Shown: one piece after another, positions 46,659 to 55,823 of the stretch
Layout: every line of letters begins with the position of its first letter
Position numbering within the stretch: position 1 is the first letter of the stretch
Origin: Candidatus Omnitrophota bacterium
Lineage (GTDB): Bacteria > Omnitrophota > Gorgyraeia > JAFGIU01
NCBI GenBank assembly: GCA_016929445.1
Contig: JAFGIU010000041.1
Coordinates: 1,929-65,928 of the forward strand
Direction: 5' to 3'
DNA: 64,000 nucleotides
The notes under the pieces: model-generated
The model's input: only the letters and a program-made list of their open reading frames with translations
Databases searched by the model: none
Told to the model about the DNA's origin: nothing
Position numbers and translations under genes: made by a program

Positions 46659-47714
46659 ATGAGCTTGGCTGGCGCTATCACAAAACTTCGTGAGTATGCT
46701 TCGGATTCCGCGGCGATCCTACGGGGGGAATCCTGTGGCGTCTTGAATGTCTCCTTTAATGAGCAGTCCTGCAATCTAAACTGCCGGGTCTGTGGTTTTA
46801 GCGCCAAAGAAGTGCGGAGCACCTACGGCACGGCCTCTGCCATGGATTCGGAAACTTTCGAGCACCTGGTTGCCGCAGTGCCGAATCGTTCGGATTTCTG
46901 GTTTGATATTTCTGCGATTGCGGAAACTCTACAGTTCGATCATCTGGAAGAGTTCATTGCCCGCCTCAAAAGCCGTAAACCTCAGGTCAACACAATCATC
47001 TCCACGAACGGGACCCTTTTGACGCCGGAACGGTGCCAGGCCCTTGTGAGCTCTGGGCTGGATTTTGTCCAGTTCTCTCTTTTTGCCCCAGACCCTGAGG
47101 GCTACGCCTTTATCACCCAAACCAAGGTCCCTTTTGAAAAAGTGGTCAATAATCTGCTCATGCTCTCAGAGGCGCGCGGTGAGTCCAAAAAGCCGGGCCT
47201 TGAAGTCTTCATTTATGACACCTTAGATTTTAGAGACCGAGCCGTGCCTTTTATTCAAAAGTACCGGGATAAGGTGGATGAGATCTATTTCCGCAAGCTT
47301 TATGATACGGCGGGTATGACCCAACACGGTCTTAATCCGGAGCAAACGCCGGAACGCTATCCCTGCGGAATGCTTTGGTATAGCGGTGCTGTCAGGAGCA
47401 CGGGCGATTTCCTCATGTGTTATCCGATTCAATGGAAGGACCGGAAGCACAAAATAGCCAATGTGCGCACTCACAGCCTGAAAGAATACTGGAGGAGCTT
47501 AGAGCCGTATCGCATCATGCATCTTGAGGGAAGGTGGAGCGAAATCCCGGCGTGCAAAGAATGTGATGCCTGGAGCATGACGCCCTCCGTCTTCTCAAAG
47601 CGCAAAGACGGGAGCTTCCATATTCCTTGGCAGCGCAGGGCGGCGGCGAAAATAGTAAACGGGATCAAGGCCTTGTTTAGAACAAAGCCTTTTGTGCGCA
47701 TGCATCGGTCGTGA
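46659..47714 (+). CDS. Radical SAM enzyme with C-terminal SPASM/twitch-like Cys-rich domain
   Basis: CNLNCRVC (CX3CX2C) near the N-terminus. C-terminal cysteines (YPCGMLW, CYPIQW, CKECDAW). 351 aa. Confidence 0.8.
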   Translation: MSLAGAITKLREYASDSAAILRGESCGVLNVSFNEQSCNLNCRVCGFSAKEVRSTYGTASAMDSETFEHLVAAVPNRSDFWFDISAIAETLQFDHLEEFIARLKSRKPQVNTIISTNGTLLTPERCQALVSSGLDFVQFSLFAPDPEGYAFITQTKVPFEKVVNNLLMLSEARGESKKPGLEVFIYDTLDFRDRAVPFIQKYRDKVDEIYFRKLYDTAGMTQHGLNPEQTPERYPCGMLWYSGAVRSTGDFLMCYPIQWKDRKHKIANVRTHSLKEYWRSLEPYRIMHLEGRWSEIPACKECDAWSMTPSVFSKRKDGSFHIPWQRRAAAKIVNGIKALFRTKPFVRMHRS

Positions 47715-48586
47715 TTCAATCCAAGACTTCTCCTATCCCTGAATGGGTTTTGGCCGTACTGAGGGCGCCGGGTCCGGGTGCTTCCTCGCTTCGATTGGAG
47801 GAGGAATCCTTGGTCTGTGCGTCCTCGGGCAGGAAGTATCCTCTTCATCCCATCCCCAATTTCATGAAGGAGCCGGAAACGGCAAGTGCAGGTATCTTGC
47901 CGCTAAATGCAGAGGCCCTGTCTAGAAAGTGGAAAGCCGTCAGGGCCAAGCCTTGGATCGGGGATGCTGCAGTAGAGGCTTTGCCTGCGGGGCGGATAGT
48001 GCTTTCTGTGGGAGAGGGCTATGGAGAATTTGCGTTGCGGATTGCTCAGCGGCGTCCTGATCTTTGCGTGATAGGGACGGAAATTGCAGTGGATCGCATT
48101 TCACATGCGATTGCCTTGCGTGACCGACTGGGTCTGAAGAACGCGTGGTTTTGTTTGGCCAGCGCAGGAAGCTTGCCCTTTGCAGCCGGAAGTTTCGAAT
48201 TCGGTTATGCACGCGGACTTTTGCAGATCCTTCCGGATCCTCTCTCGGCAGTGGCCGAACTCAAACGTGTGATCGGCAAACGGCTCTTGGTGGACCAACT
48301 GGGCAATCATCCTTATGACTTGATCTGGTTTTGGTTGCTCCAGCGTTATGAGAATCTGCGTGCGCACCTGCAGGGCCGCCTTCCCAATACCCGGATTTGG
48401 GGAGACATTGCACAGACCCGAGAGTTGGGCGGAATATGGCGCTCCGTAACATATTACAAACAGTGGTTTAGAGGATGCAGAGAGGTCAAGCTTTTGACCA
48501 ACTACCTTTTTGTTTGGGAGACTGGTACGCACCATCCTTTCTGGGGACGCTTCGGCTATTCCGGTGCTTTGGATGTTCACTTTTAG
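47711..48586 (+). CDS. SAM-dependent methyltransferase with degenerate N-terminal Trm112-like segment; paralog of the C-terminal domain of the flippase fusion at 51956-54040
   Basis: GTG start overlapping the rSAM stop (GTGA). N-terminus LVCASSGRKYPLHPIPNFM resembles a Trm112 zinc-ribbon lacking its Cys. VLSVGEGYGEFALRIA ... LLVDQLGNHPYDLIWFWLLQ ... YLFVWETGTHHPFWGRFGYSGALDVHF aligns residue-for-residue with the end of the 720-aa flippase ORF. Confidence 0.65.
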   Translation: MIQSKTSPIPEWVLAVLRAPGPGASSLRLEEESLVCASSGRKYPLHPIPNFMKEPETASAGILPLNAEALSRKWKAVRAKPWIGDAAVEALPAGRIVLSVGEGYGEFALRIAQRRPDLCVIGTEIAVDRISHAIALRDRLGLKNAWFCLASAGSLPFAAGSFEFGYARGLLQILPDPLSAVAELKRVIGKRLLVDQLGNHPYDLIWFWLLQRYENLRAHLQGRLPNTRIWGDIAQTRELGGIWRSVTYYKQWFRGCREVKLLTNYLFVWETGTHHPFWGRFGYSGALDVHF

Positions 48587-48598
48587 GCGCAGGGGATC

Positions 48599-49273
48599 AT
48601 GGCTTCAAAAACTAAGCAGCTCAGACTTGCTTTCTTGGTATCGGGCAACGGCGGATTGATGCGTTTTGTGATTGAGGCTTGCCGCGCGCGCCGGATTCCC
48701 GCCGAAGTGAGCCTGGTTCTGTCCGATCGGGAGTGCGGCGCAGTGGCGCAGGCGCGCGAGTGCGGGATTGAAACTCATGTAGTGGAAGCCGGTGCAGGCG
48801 AGGGATCCCGGGAAGTCTCTGTCAAAATGGACGCTATCCTCCGCCCGCATGAGATTGATTTGGTGTGTTTGTCCTACAACCGCCTGGTCTTTCCGCCCTT
48901 GTTGGCTCGTTTTCAGGGCCGCATGATCAACACCCACCCCAGCCTCTTACCCAGCTTCAAGGGATTTACCGCGCTCGAGGACACTATCCACAGCGGAGCG
49001 CGGGTTGCCGGCTGCACCATCCATCTCTGCACAGAGGATCCGGACGGAGGCCCCATTATCATCCAGTCGGCAATCACGACAAAACCGGGTATGAGTCCCG
49101 GGGATCTTGGGGCAATGCTCTTTGAGTATCAACGCGTGAATTTGTGCCAGGTGATTCAGTGGTTTGCGGAGGACCGGATTCGGGAAGTGAATCAAAAGGT
49201 GAGTGTGCTCGGGGCCCGGTATGGCGCATTGCCCACCAATCCCGCCTGTGAGATTGATCTCCCGGCACCCTAA
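48599..49273 (+). CDS. Formyltransferase-family protein (PurN / sugar N-formyltransferase-like)
   Basis: ATG 48599 after AGGGGA. N10-formyl-THF transferase catalytic motif INTHPSLLPSFKG, and Asp in CTIHLCTEDPDGGPII. 224 aa. Confidence 0.7.
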   Translation: MASKTKQLRLAFLVSGNGGLMRFVIEACRARRIPAEVSLVLSDRECGAVAQARECGIETHVVEAGAGEGSREVSVKMDAILRPHEIDLVCLSYNRLVFPPLLARFQGRMINTHPSLLPSFKGFTALEDTIHSGARVAGCTIHLCTEDPDGGPIIIQSAITTKPGMSPGDLGAMLFEYQRVNLCQVIQWFAEDRIREVNQKVSVLGARYGALPTNPACEIDLPAP

Positions 49274-49294
49274 ATCCGTTACAATGATAAGACC

Positions 49295-51223
49295 ATGAGC
49301 CTAAGCGATCAGACCTTTATTTGTTTCAGCTCCATTGACTGGGACTTTGTGTGGCAGGGCCACCAGGAGATCATGTCCGATCTGGCGGCCAAGGGAAACC
49401 GCGTTCTCTTTGTGGAGAATACTGGGGTTCGAAGTCCTAAACTGAAGGATTTCAGCCGGTTAAGGAGCCGTATCCGCAACTGGGCCCGGGGCTTCGGCGG
49501 GATCCGCCAGGAGCAGGACCGGCTCTGGATCTACTCGCCCCTGGTTTTGCCTTTTCCTTATTCGCGCCTGGCCCGTTGGATTAATCGCAAGCTCATCCTC
49601 CGCAACTTGGAGCGCTTTTCCCGCGCCGAGAATTTTCACAATTCCATCCTCTGGACTTTTCTGCCCACAGACTTGGTCCGGGATATTTCGGACCGCCTGG
49701 ATCATAAATTACTTGTTTACTATTGCATTGATAAATTTACCGAAAGTTCCAAGGAGGCCTTTGAACGCGTGGCTGAGCCTGAAAAACGCATGTTGCAGCG
49801 CGCTGATCTTGTGTTTGTGACTTCCACGGCTTTGGGCAAGTATTGTGAACAGTATGCCAAGGAGGTGCACAAGTTTCCCTTTGGTGTGCATCTGGAGCGT
49901 TTTGTGGCGCAATCCAAGCAACAGGAAAAGGCCCCGTCCGAAGCCCGGGAACTTTCCACCACGACGAAGGTGGCTGGCTATGTGGGCGGTTTGCACCAAT
50001 GGATGGACTTGGATCTTCTGTCCGAGGTCATTGAGGCCCAGCCGGATGTGCGCTTTGTATTTGTGGGGCCGGTCCAAACAGATGTCTCAATGTTGAAGAA
50101 ATATCCTAATGTGCGTCTTCTGGGCATGAAACCGCATGAAGAACTTCCGCACTATATTTCGACTTTTGATGTCGGGCTCATTCCGTACCGCCGCACTTCC
50201 TATACGGAAAATGTGTATCCTACTAAGCTCAATGAGTACCTGGCCCTGGGTGTGCCGGTGGTGGGGACGAATATTCCGGAACTGGTGGATTTCGAAAGGC
50301 AAGCGCCGGATCTGATCCGCGTGGCCTCGGACGCGAAGCAGTTTGGACAGTATGTGAACGCCGCGATTCAGGACGGCGATGCAAAACTGCGGGAGAGGCG
50401 CGTTTCTGCGGCCATGCAAAACACATGGCCCGTGAGGATCGAGAAGATGACGGAGCTTATTGAGAAGAAGATGCAGGAGAAACAGGAGTACGATCCACTC
50501 CGGTGGAAGGCGCGTATGCGGCGGATTTACCTCCGCTCGCGTTTGAAAGTTGCCTTAATTGCGGGAGCGTTCCTGCTGGCATTCGGCATATTTCAGAGTC
50601 CCGCCGCGATTCGTTGGGCCGGGGCGCCTTTGGTTATTGCCGGCACGCCTCAGGTAAGTGATGTGATTGTGATTATCGGGGGCGGTGTGGGGGAAGGCGG
50701 ACGCCCCGGTGCCAATACCTATGAGCGCGCAAGGTTTGGCGCGGAGCTCTACGCTCAGGGGTTTGCGCCGGCTGTGTTGCTCTCTTCGGGTTATCAATAC
50801 GTGGTCAAGGAGACGGATGAAATGGCCGCGATTCTGGAGCAGAACGGGGTTCCCGCACAAGCCGTCCGGATTAATCGCCAAGCCATGAACCTGGAAGACA
50901 ATATTCGGCGGCTTGCTCCGGTTCTGGAGCAGTCCGGGGTGGAATCAGTCATATTGGTGAATTCGGGCTATGCAATGGCGCGCACCCGGTATTTTGTGCA
51001 GCATTACTGGTCCGGGGTTCAGGTGAGCTATGTGCCGAAGACCACGTCACTCTTTTTTGATCCGGAGGTCGGCAGTCGCGGCGAACAGTGGAAGGCCTTG
51101 TGGCACGAGTATGCGGGGTTGATCTATTACAGGCTTCGCGGATTTGAGGCGAGGAATTCCGAAACAGTCGGCGTCCAGACTTCCCGCGTCTTGATCCACT
51201 CCAGCAGCCGCTCCAGGAGTTGA
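49295..51223 (+). CDS. Fusion: GT4-type (GT-B) glycosyltransferase + TM helix + DUF218/YdcF(ElyC/SanA)-like domain
   Basis: N-terminal 400 aa has GT-B features (EELPHYISTFDVGLIPY ... PTKLNEYLALGVPVVGT, the E-x7-E region). C-terminal VIVIIGGGVGEGGRPGANTYERARFGAELYAQGFAPAVLLSSG matches the DUF218 core. 642 aa. Confidence 0.65.
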   Translation: MSLSDQTFICFSSIDWDFVWQGHQEIMSDLAAKGNRVLFVENTGVRSPKLKDFSRLRSRIRNWARGFGGIRQEQDRLWIYSPLVLPFPYSRLARWINRKLILRNLERFSRAENFHNSILWTFLPTDLVRDISDRLDHKLLVYYCIDKFTESSKEAFERVAEPEKRMLQRADLVFVTSTALGKYCEQYAKEVHKFPFGVHLERFVAQSKQQEKAPSEARELSTTTKVAGYVGGLHQWMDLDLLSEVIEAQPDVRFVFVGPVQTDVSMLKKYPNVRLLGMKPHEELPHYISTFDVGLIPYRRTSYTENVYPTKLNEYLALGVPVVGTNIPELVDFERQAPDLIRVASDAKQFGQYVNAAIQDGDAKLRERRVSAAMQNTWPVRIEKMTELIEKKMQEKQEYDPLRWKARMRRIYLRSRLKVALIAGAFLLAFGIFQSPAAIRWAGAPLVIAGTPQVSDVIVIIGGGVGEGGRPGANTYERARFGAELYAQGFAPAVLLSSGYQYVVKETDEMAAILEQNGVPAQAVRINRQAMNLEDNIRRLAPVLEQSGVESVILVNSGYAMARTRYFVQHYWSGVQVSYVPKTTSLFFDPEVGSRGEQWKALWHEYAGLIYYRLRGFEARNSETVGVQTSRVLIHSSSRSRS

Positions 51224-51984
51224 TTGGCCCCGGCATTCTCGGGGTGCAATAGGATTGTCAGTAATCTTTGATTGGCGTAGGCTTCCTCTAAAGACTGTTC
51301 CCATTCAAACCATAGAGAATCAACAGCGTCGGGGCTGTGCCCCCCGGCTTCCAGATAACCATCCCAGAGATCCGCCGGAATCCTCAAAAGGGCGCTGGCG
51401 GGATCGGGCTTCAGAAGGCTCAGATCCGCCAGGGCCCCGGCCTCCTTCAGGGCCTTATCCGTCAGCCCGGGTTTGAATTTCATGCAATGGCTTCGATTGC
51501 AGGCGAGTTTCGGCACGCGCTGCTTCAGGCTTTCCCACTCCGCCTTGATTGCCGCCGGGTTCTCATGCGCGCCGGTCGAAAGGTGCAAACCGATCTCGAA
51601 TCCGGATGCTTGAAGCTCCTCCCAAAAAGCGGATAAACGTTGCCCGGACCGGAATCGTGTCTTCTCTCCGTACCAGCCGTCGCGAAGCCTGCGATGGGTT
51701 CGCAGTGGAGAAAAGAAAAAGTATGTCGCGTGGACTTGATATTCCTTTTCCAGGACAAAGGCTTGGTAAATGCGCTCAGCCAGAGGAGGCGCATCCCAGA
51801 ATCTGCGCAGAAGTGCCCAGGGGATGCGGGCCGGCGCCTTGAGTCCTTGTTCTTTCCAGGATTCGGGAAATGTCCGGAGCAAGTGCCGGAGGTGATCGCT
51901 GTCCCACCGGTGCAGCGCATCGACGTCATGCGTGATCAGCACAGTGCATTTGGAATCAGTACCAGACTTCAATGGCTCCGGCAT
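51127..51984 (-). CDS. Polysaccharide deacetylase-like (CE4/NodB-related) protein
   Basis: VLITHDVDA start motif and His-rich segments. Overlaps the 3' end of the GT4-DUF218 gene by 97 nt convergently (see findings). Confidence 0.5.
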   Translation of the reverse strand: MPEPLKSGTDSKCTVLITHDVDALHRWDSDHLRHLLRTFPESWKEQGLKAPARIPWALLRRFWDAPPLAERIYQAFVLEKEYQVHATYFFFSPLRTHRRLRDGWYGEKTRFRSGQRLSAFWEELQASGFEIGLHLSTGAHENPAAIKAEWESLKQRVPKLACNRSHCMKFKPGLTDKALKEAGALADLSLLKPDPASALLRIPADLWDGYLEAGGHSPDAVDSLWFEWEQSLEEAYANQRLLTILLHPENAGANQLLERLLEWIKTREVWTPTVSEFLASNPRSL

Positions 51985-54040
51985 AACCCATCCATCCTAA
52001 TAGAGGCTTGTGTCTTGCTGTTTCCCAGATAAAGAGGCAGTTCGCATGAACTTGTTTTTGGCGCGCATCCTGAAACCATTGGAGGTACCGGTGCAAGGGC
52101 CAGTACGTGCCTTTTGCCTGTTGGTTGTGCAGCACATCCTGCCAAATATCCCGGTTGGGACTGCGCCTTTGCAAGAAGGCGCGCACGTACTCCCATTGCT
52201 GCAGCAGCCAGAACCAGACTGCAAAGAAGGGCCTGTTGGTGATTTGATCCACAAACAGGCGTTGCGTTCCGATGCGCCGGATTTCATCCAGTCCGGCCTG
52301 AGGATTTTGAAGAATGTGAAGCACGCCCCGGGCAATGACCACAGTGAAACTCTCAGACCGGAAGGGAAGCCGCGTGATATCCGCATTGCAGAAGACGAGG
52401 TTTGTCAGAGCCTTGTCTTGGGCCAAACGGTTGCCGTGCCTAACGCGCTCCAGATCCAAATCTGTTCCCACAAAACTCAGGTAAGGATGGGTCTGCGCAA
52501 GCCGCACCAAGAGTTCTCCGTAACCTTCGCCCACACTGAGAATTCGCGTGCCTGCGGGGAGCGAGCTCACAAAGCAGTCCCCCACCCAAGCGTTTTGGTG
52601 AAAGTGGATAGTTGCGGAAGCGTCTTCGGTCTCTTTTCCCATCATACGTTTCCAGGTGCCTTGAGGCAGAATTCCCAGGCCCCGCAAGAGCAGAAGATAA
52701 AAACAAAATCCCAACAGTTTGAATCCCAACCCGCTCCCGTAGCTTAGCAGCAGGGCGAGCCCGATTACAGCGAGGGATGAGGGAAGAAGGATGCGGAGTC
52801 CGTGTTGTAGCGGGTGGATCTTTTTGCTCACCCAGAGCATGCCTATGAAGATCAACACGCAAGCCAGGAGATAGGCCATCGCGGCTCCTGCCGCGCCCCA
52901 GCGGGAGATAGCCCCCACTGCAAGCAGTATGGCAGCGCCGTAGGAGATCGCGTAAATCCAAATCCGGTGGTAGGTCTGTTCTTTAACTGCCATGCCGCCG
53001 GAGACAATCCAATCTCCGAGAAAAAAGACCCAGGCGGCAATCAACAGCAAGGCTGCAGGCGTATGGGCGGCTGCGTAAGGAGTCCCCCCCGCCAAAGCGA
53101 TGAGGTCGCGGAGAAAAATGAGCATGCCCCCCAAAACCAGAAGGACGATTCCGTTGAGCTCTCTGACCGGACCTGCAACGGAATCAGAGGCTTTGGGCTG
53201 CCGGGCAAAGAGCCAGGGAAGCCAGGCTTTGCCTGCTCCGGTGATGGTTAAAGTGAGCAGGGATTGGGCCCGCTCTGCAAAGCCGTACCATCCCATGGCT
53301 GTGGCCGAAGCAAAGCGCGCCAAAAAGAGCCGGATGAAAAGGCCGAAGCCATATTGAATGAGTGTGGTGGCGGTGAACGGGCCTCCGAAGCGGATATATC
53401 TGAGTGGTGATCCCACTAAAACCCCCAAGCGGATGAACGGCGCCAGCCTTGGAAAGGCAATGAGTGAAGAGATGACTGAGGCCAGGAGCAATGCCGCTAA
53501 ATAGCCTTCGAGCCCCCATTTGAGAAGCAGCACAAAAATCAGGACGCCCAAAAGTGTCAGAGCGGCTTGCGCAATGAGAAGAACGGCATGGGCCTTCGGT
53601 TGCTTTACGGTGACGGTAACCTGCACAAAGGCTTCCATGACTGCTGTGGGAATAACTGCCAGGGCAACCAGCCAGATCGCCCCTGCACTGATGCGGAGTC
53701 CGGAAATGCTCTGGGCCAGGGGGGCAAGTGCCAGAAGAAGAAGCGTGGAAACCAGCCCCGCAAGGATCTGGACGCTAATGCCCCCGCCCAGGATGCGCTT
53801 TCGCAGATTTTCGTCCTCGGTGTCAAAATAGAATTTGCAGGTGCTTTGAAAAATGTTGAAGTTCACAAGGGCCGTGAGGAACCATTGGGCGGTCCGGAGC
53901 AAATCCGCCAATCCGAAGTGAGCCACGCTGATGTTCCGCACCACCATCACAATCGCGACAAGATTGATGAATTGTGCGAGACCGCCTGCAACGGAATAGC
54001 TGAGCATTAAATTGGATAAAGACTTGGTCTGGGTCTTCAT
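51956..54040 (-). CDS. Fusion: polysaccharide flippase (MOP/Wzx-like, ~12-14 TM) + C-terminal SAM methyltransferase-like domain
   Basis: Preferred start ATG 54040 (MKTQTKSLSN). Long hydrophobic N-terminal ~470 aa typical of Wzx/MATE-like polysaccharide biosynthesis proteins. The C-terminal 230 aa is paralogous to the 47711 MTase (ILSVGEGYGELLVRLA ... WFWLLQQWEY ... FIWETARHKPLLGWMGYAGAIEVWY). Confidence 0.65.
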   Translation of the reverse strand: MKTQTKSLSNLMLSYSVAGGLAQFINLVAIVMVVRNISVAHFGLADLLRTAQWFLTALVNFNIFQSTCKFYFDTEDENLRKRILGGGISVQILAGLVSTLLLLALAPLAQSISGLRISAGAIWLVALAVIPTAVMEAFVQVTVTVKQPKAHAVLLIAQAALTLLGVLIFVLLLKWGLEGYLAALLLASVISSLIAFPRLAPFIRLGVLVGSPLRYIRFGGPFTATTLIQYGFGLFIRLFLARFASATAMGWYGFAERAQSLLTLTITGAGKAWLPWLFARQPKASDSVAGPVRELNGIVLLVLGGMLIFLRDLIALAGGTPYAAAHTPAALLLIAAWVFFLGDWIVSGGMAVKEQTYHRIWIYAISYGAAILLAVGAISRWGAAGAAMAYLLACVLIFIGMLWVSKKIHPLQHGLRILLPSSLAVIGLALLLSYGSGLGFKLLGFCFYLLLLRGLGILPQGTWKRMMGKETEDASATIHFHQNAWVGDCFVSSLPAGTRILSVGEGYGELLVRLAQTHPYLSFVGTDLDLERVRHGNRLAQDKALTNLVFCNADITRLPFRSESFTVVIARGVLHILQNPQAGLDEIRRIGTQRLFVDQITNRPFFAVWFWLLQQWEYVRAFLQRRSPNRDIWQDVLHNQQAKGTYWPLHRYLQWFQDARQKQVHANCLFIWETARHKPLLGWMGYAGAIEVWY

Positions 54041-55209
54041 GATTTTTCCAAAAGCCGGTTGTAGTGGTTCATGTATCTGTTGAAGAGCTTCGGGCCCTGA
54101 AGATACTTCATTACCCATTCCCTGGACCGGGCGCCCAAGATCTTAAGCGTCTGAGGATCCTCTGTGTGTTCTATGAGCGCGGCCAGGATCTCCTTTTCAG
54201 TGCTTACCTGGATAACGGGCGGAGCCTCCTCAAATAATTCCGGGATATGCTTTAGATTCATGAACACGGGGCGCTCGCAGGCCCATGTCTCCGAAGCGAT
54301 TGTCCCGTAGTCCTCCATCACAAATTGGTCGAAGACCGCATGACAAAGATTGTAATACTTGACGAGTTCATGACGGGACATCCGGGGTAACCACTGCACA
54401 TGGTCCCCGATACCCAGCTCGCGAACCAGAGCGCGGCTGTGCTCCAGATCCGGGCCGTGGGCAATCGCAAGCAGCCGAGCCTTCTTTTGAGTCTTTTTCA
54501 GGAACTGCGCCCATGCCCGAAAAAGCCGGTGGTTACCCTTTCTTTCCCAAGGGCCGGTTTGATCTGTCCAGGCCTGGCGCGTGGGGTGAAAAAATATCCA
54601 ATCCGCATTGTATTCTGCGCGGGCCCGGGCAACGGCCTCCGGATCCAGAGGGTGAAATCGCCCCACATCCAGAAAGAGGGGGATAAAGGCGGTCCTTTTC
54701 AGCTGGAGTTGTTCGGCCGCGCGTTTTCCGAAATTGCTGTTGAGCAGCACGAGGTCCATGTCCCTCAATCCCTGTCTTTGGCGGAAGGCCAAATACCGGC
54801 GGACCGGGTTGTCCTTCATGAACGGGAAGACATTGAGATCCCCGCCATAAGTATGAAAAACAGAGGGGCGGCCGGTCTTCCGGGCCCAAATGGGGCCATA
54901 GTAAAAAGTGTGAACCAGATCGCAGTCACCCAGGGTTTTCACAAAACTGCGGTCTCCCAAGCCGAATCGCTTCAGTCTTAGGGATGGGACTTTCCGAATC
55001 CAATCCGGGTAAGCGCCTTCGAGTTCAGGATCCTCTTGCTCCGGGCGCCAGAGGCAATCGGCTTCCAAAATCAGACGCGCATCCAGACCTCCGGCCCGCA
55101 GGCCTTTGGCAAGAGAGTATGCGTTGTTGCAGACATTCCCGTAAATGTTGATCTTGGGTGTGGGAGGAAGTGCGGCCAAGGGGATCAGCTCCGTACGGTA
55201 AGGGTCCAT
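54037..55209 (-). CDS. GT4-type (GT-B) glycosyltransferase
   Basis: 390 aa. C-terminal half has GT-B donor-binding features (HELVKYYNLCHAVFDQFVMEDYGTIASETWACERPVF). Contiguous with the flippase gene. Confidence 0.6.
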   Translation of the reverse strand: MDPYRTELIPLAALPPTPKINIYGNVCNNAYSLAKGLRAGGLDARLILEADCLWRPEQEDPELEGAYPDWIRKVPSLRLKRFGLGDRSFVKTLGDCDLVHTFYYGPIWARKTGRPSVFHTYGGDLNVFPFMKDNPVRRYLAFRQRQGLRDMDLVLLNSNFGKRAAEQLQLKRTAFIPLFLDVGRFHPLDPEAVARARAEYNADWIFFHPTRQAWTDQTGPWERKGNHRLFRAWAQFLKKTQKKARLLAIAHGPDLEHSRALVRELGIGDHVQWLPRMSRHELVKYYNLCHAVFDQFVMEDYGTIASETWACERPVFMNLKHIPELFEEAPPVIQVSTEKEILAALIEHTEDPQTLKILGARSREWVMKYLQGPKLFNRYMNHYNRLLEKS

Positions 55210-55823
55210 TCATAAAGTGGGTAGTCGTGGAGCAGATTCACTTCTTTCCCAAAATTCTTTTTGCAGTAGTCGAAGAAGAACATCGGGTCCGCATAGTAAA
55301 GATGATCCTTGCGATAGTCCACATAGATGCTTAACGCGTTAAACGCGAAGCCTTTGACTGAGAATTCTGCAAGATTCTTGAGCGTCTTGAGTATGTATGC
55401 GGTCCAGGCCTTTTCGCTCTGCTCCAATCGCACATTGAAGATACCGCAGGCAAAGGAATAGTCCGCTTCTTGGGTGAGATGGTCACTCAACTGGAACTCT
55501 ACCTTGGGGTTGCAGATTTGGTGGTTTGCGGCATCCAACATCGGATAGCTGATTTCATAACCATAATATTTTTTTAGTTTGATGGAGGTGCTCTTTTCGA
55601 TGTGTCTGTAAAGTGCTCCATAGCCACAACCCAGATCGTTAACGCTGACTTTACCGGAAGAGGGTTGCACGACCGTGAGCAGTTTATCAAAGCGCAGGAC
55701 ATGGGACTTGGGATCCTTCCAGCCCACGCCTGCGGATCGGGTTCCGTGCTCTTGCAGACTTTCTGTGTAGAGATCGGCGATGGGAGTCAGTTTTGAATCA
55801 GGAGAAGACTTTTTTGGGCTCAT
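55185..55823 (-). CDS. Class I SAM-dependent methyltransferase
   Basis: Preferred start ATG 55823 (MSPKKSS). Motif I VNDLGCGYGAL. Confidence 0.65.
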   Translation of the reverse strand: MSPKKSSPDSKLTPIADLYTESLQEHGTRSAGVGWKDPKSHVLRFDKLLTVVQPSSGKVSVNDLGCGYGALYRHIEKSTSIKLKKYYGYEISYPMLDAANHQICNPKVEFQLSDHLTQEADYSFACGIFNVRLEQSEKAWTAYILKTLKNLAEFSVKGFAFNALSIYVDYRKDHLYYADPMFFFDYCKKNFGKEVNLLHDYPLYEWTLTVRS

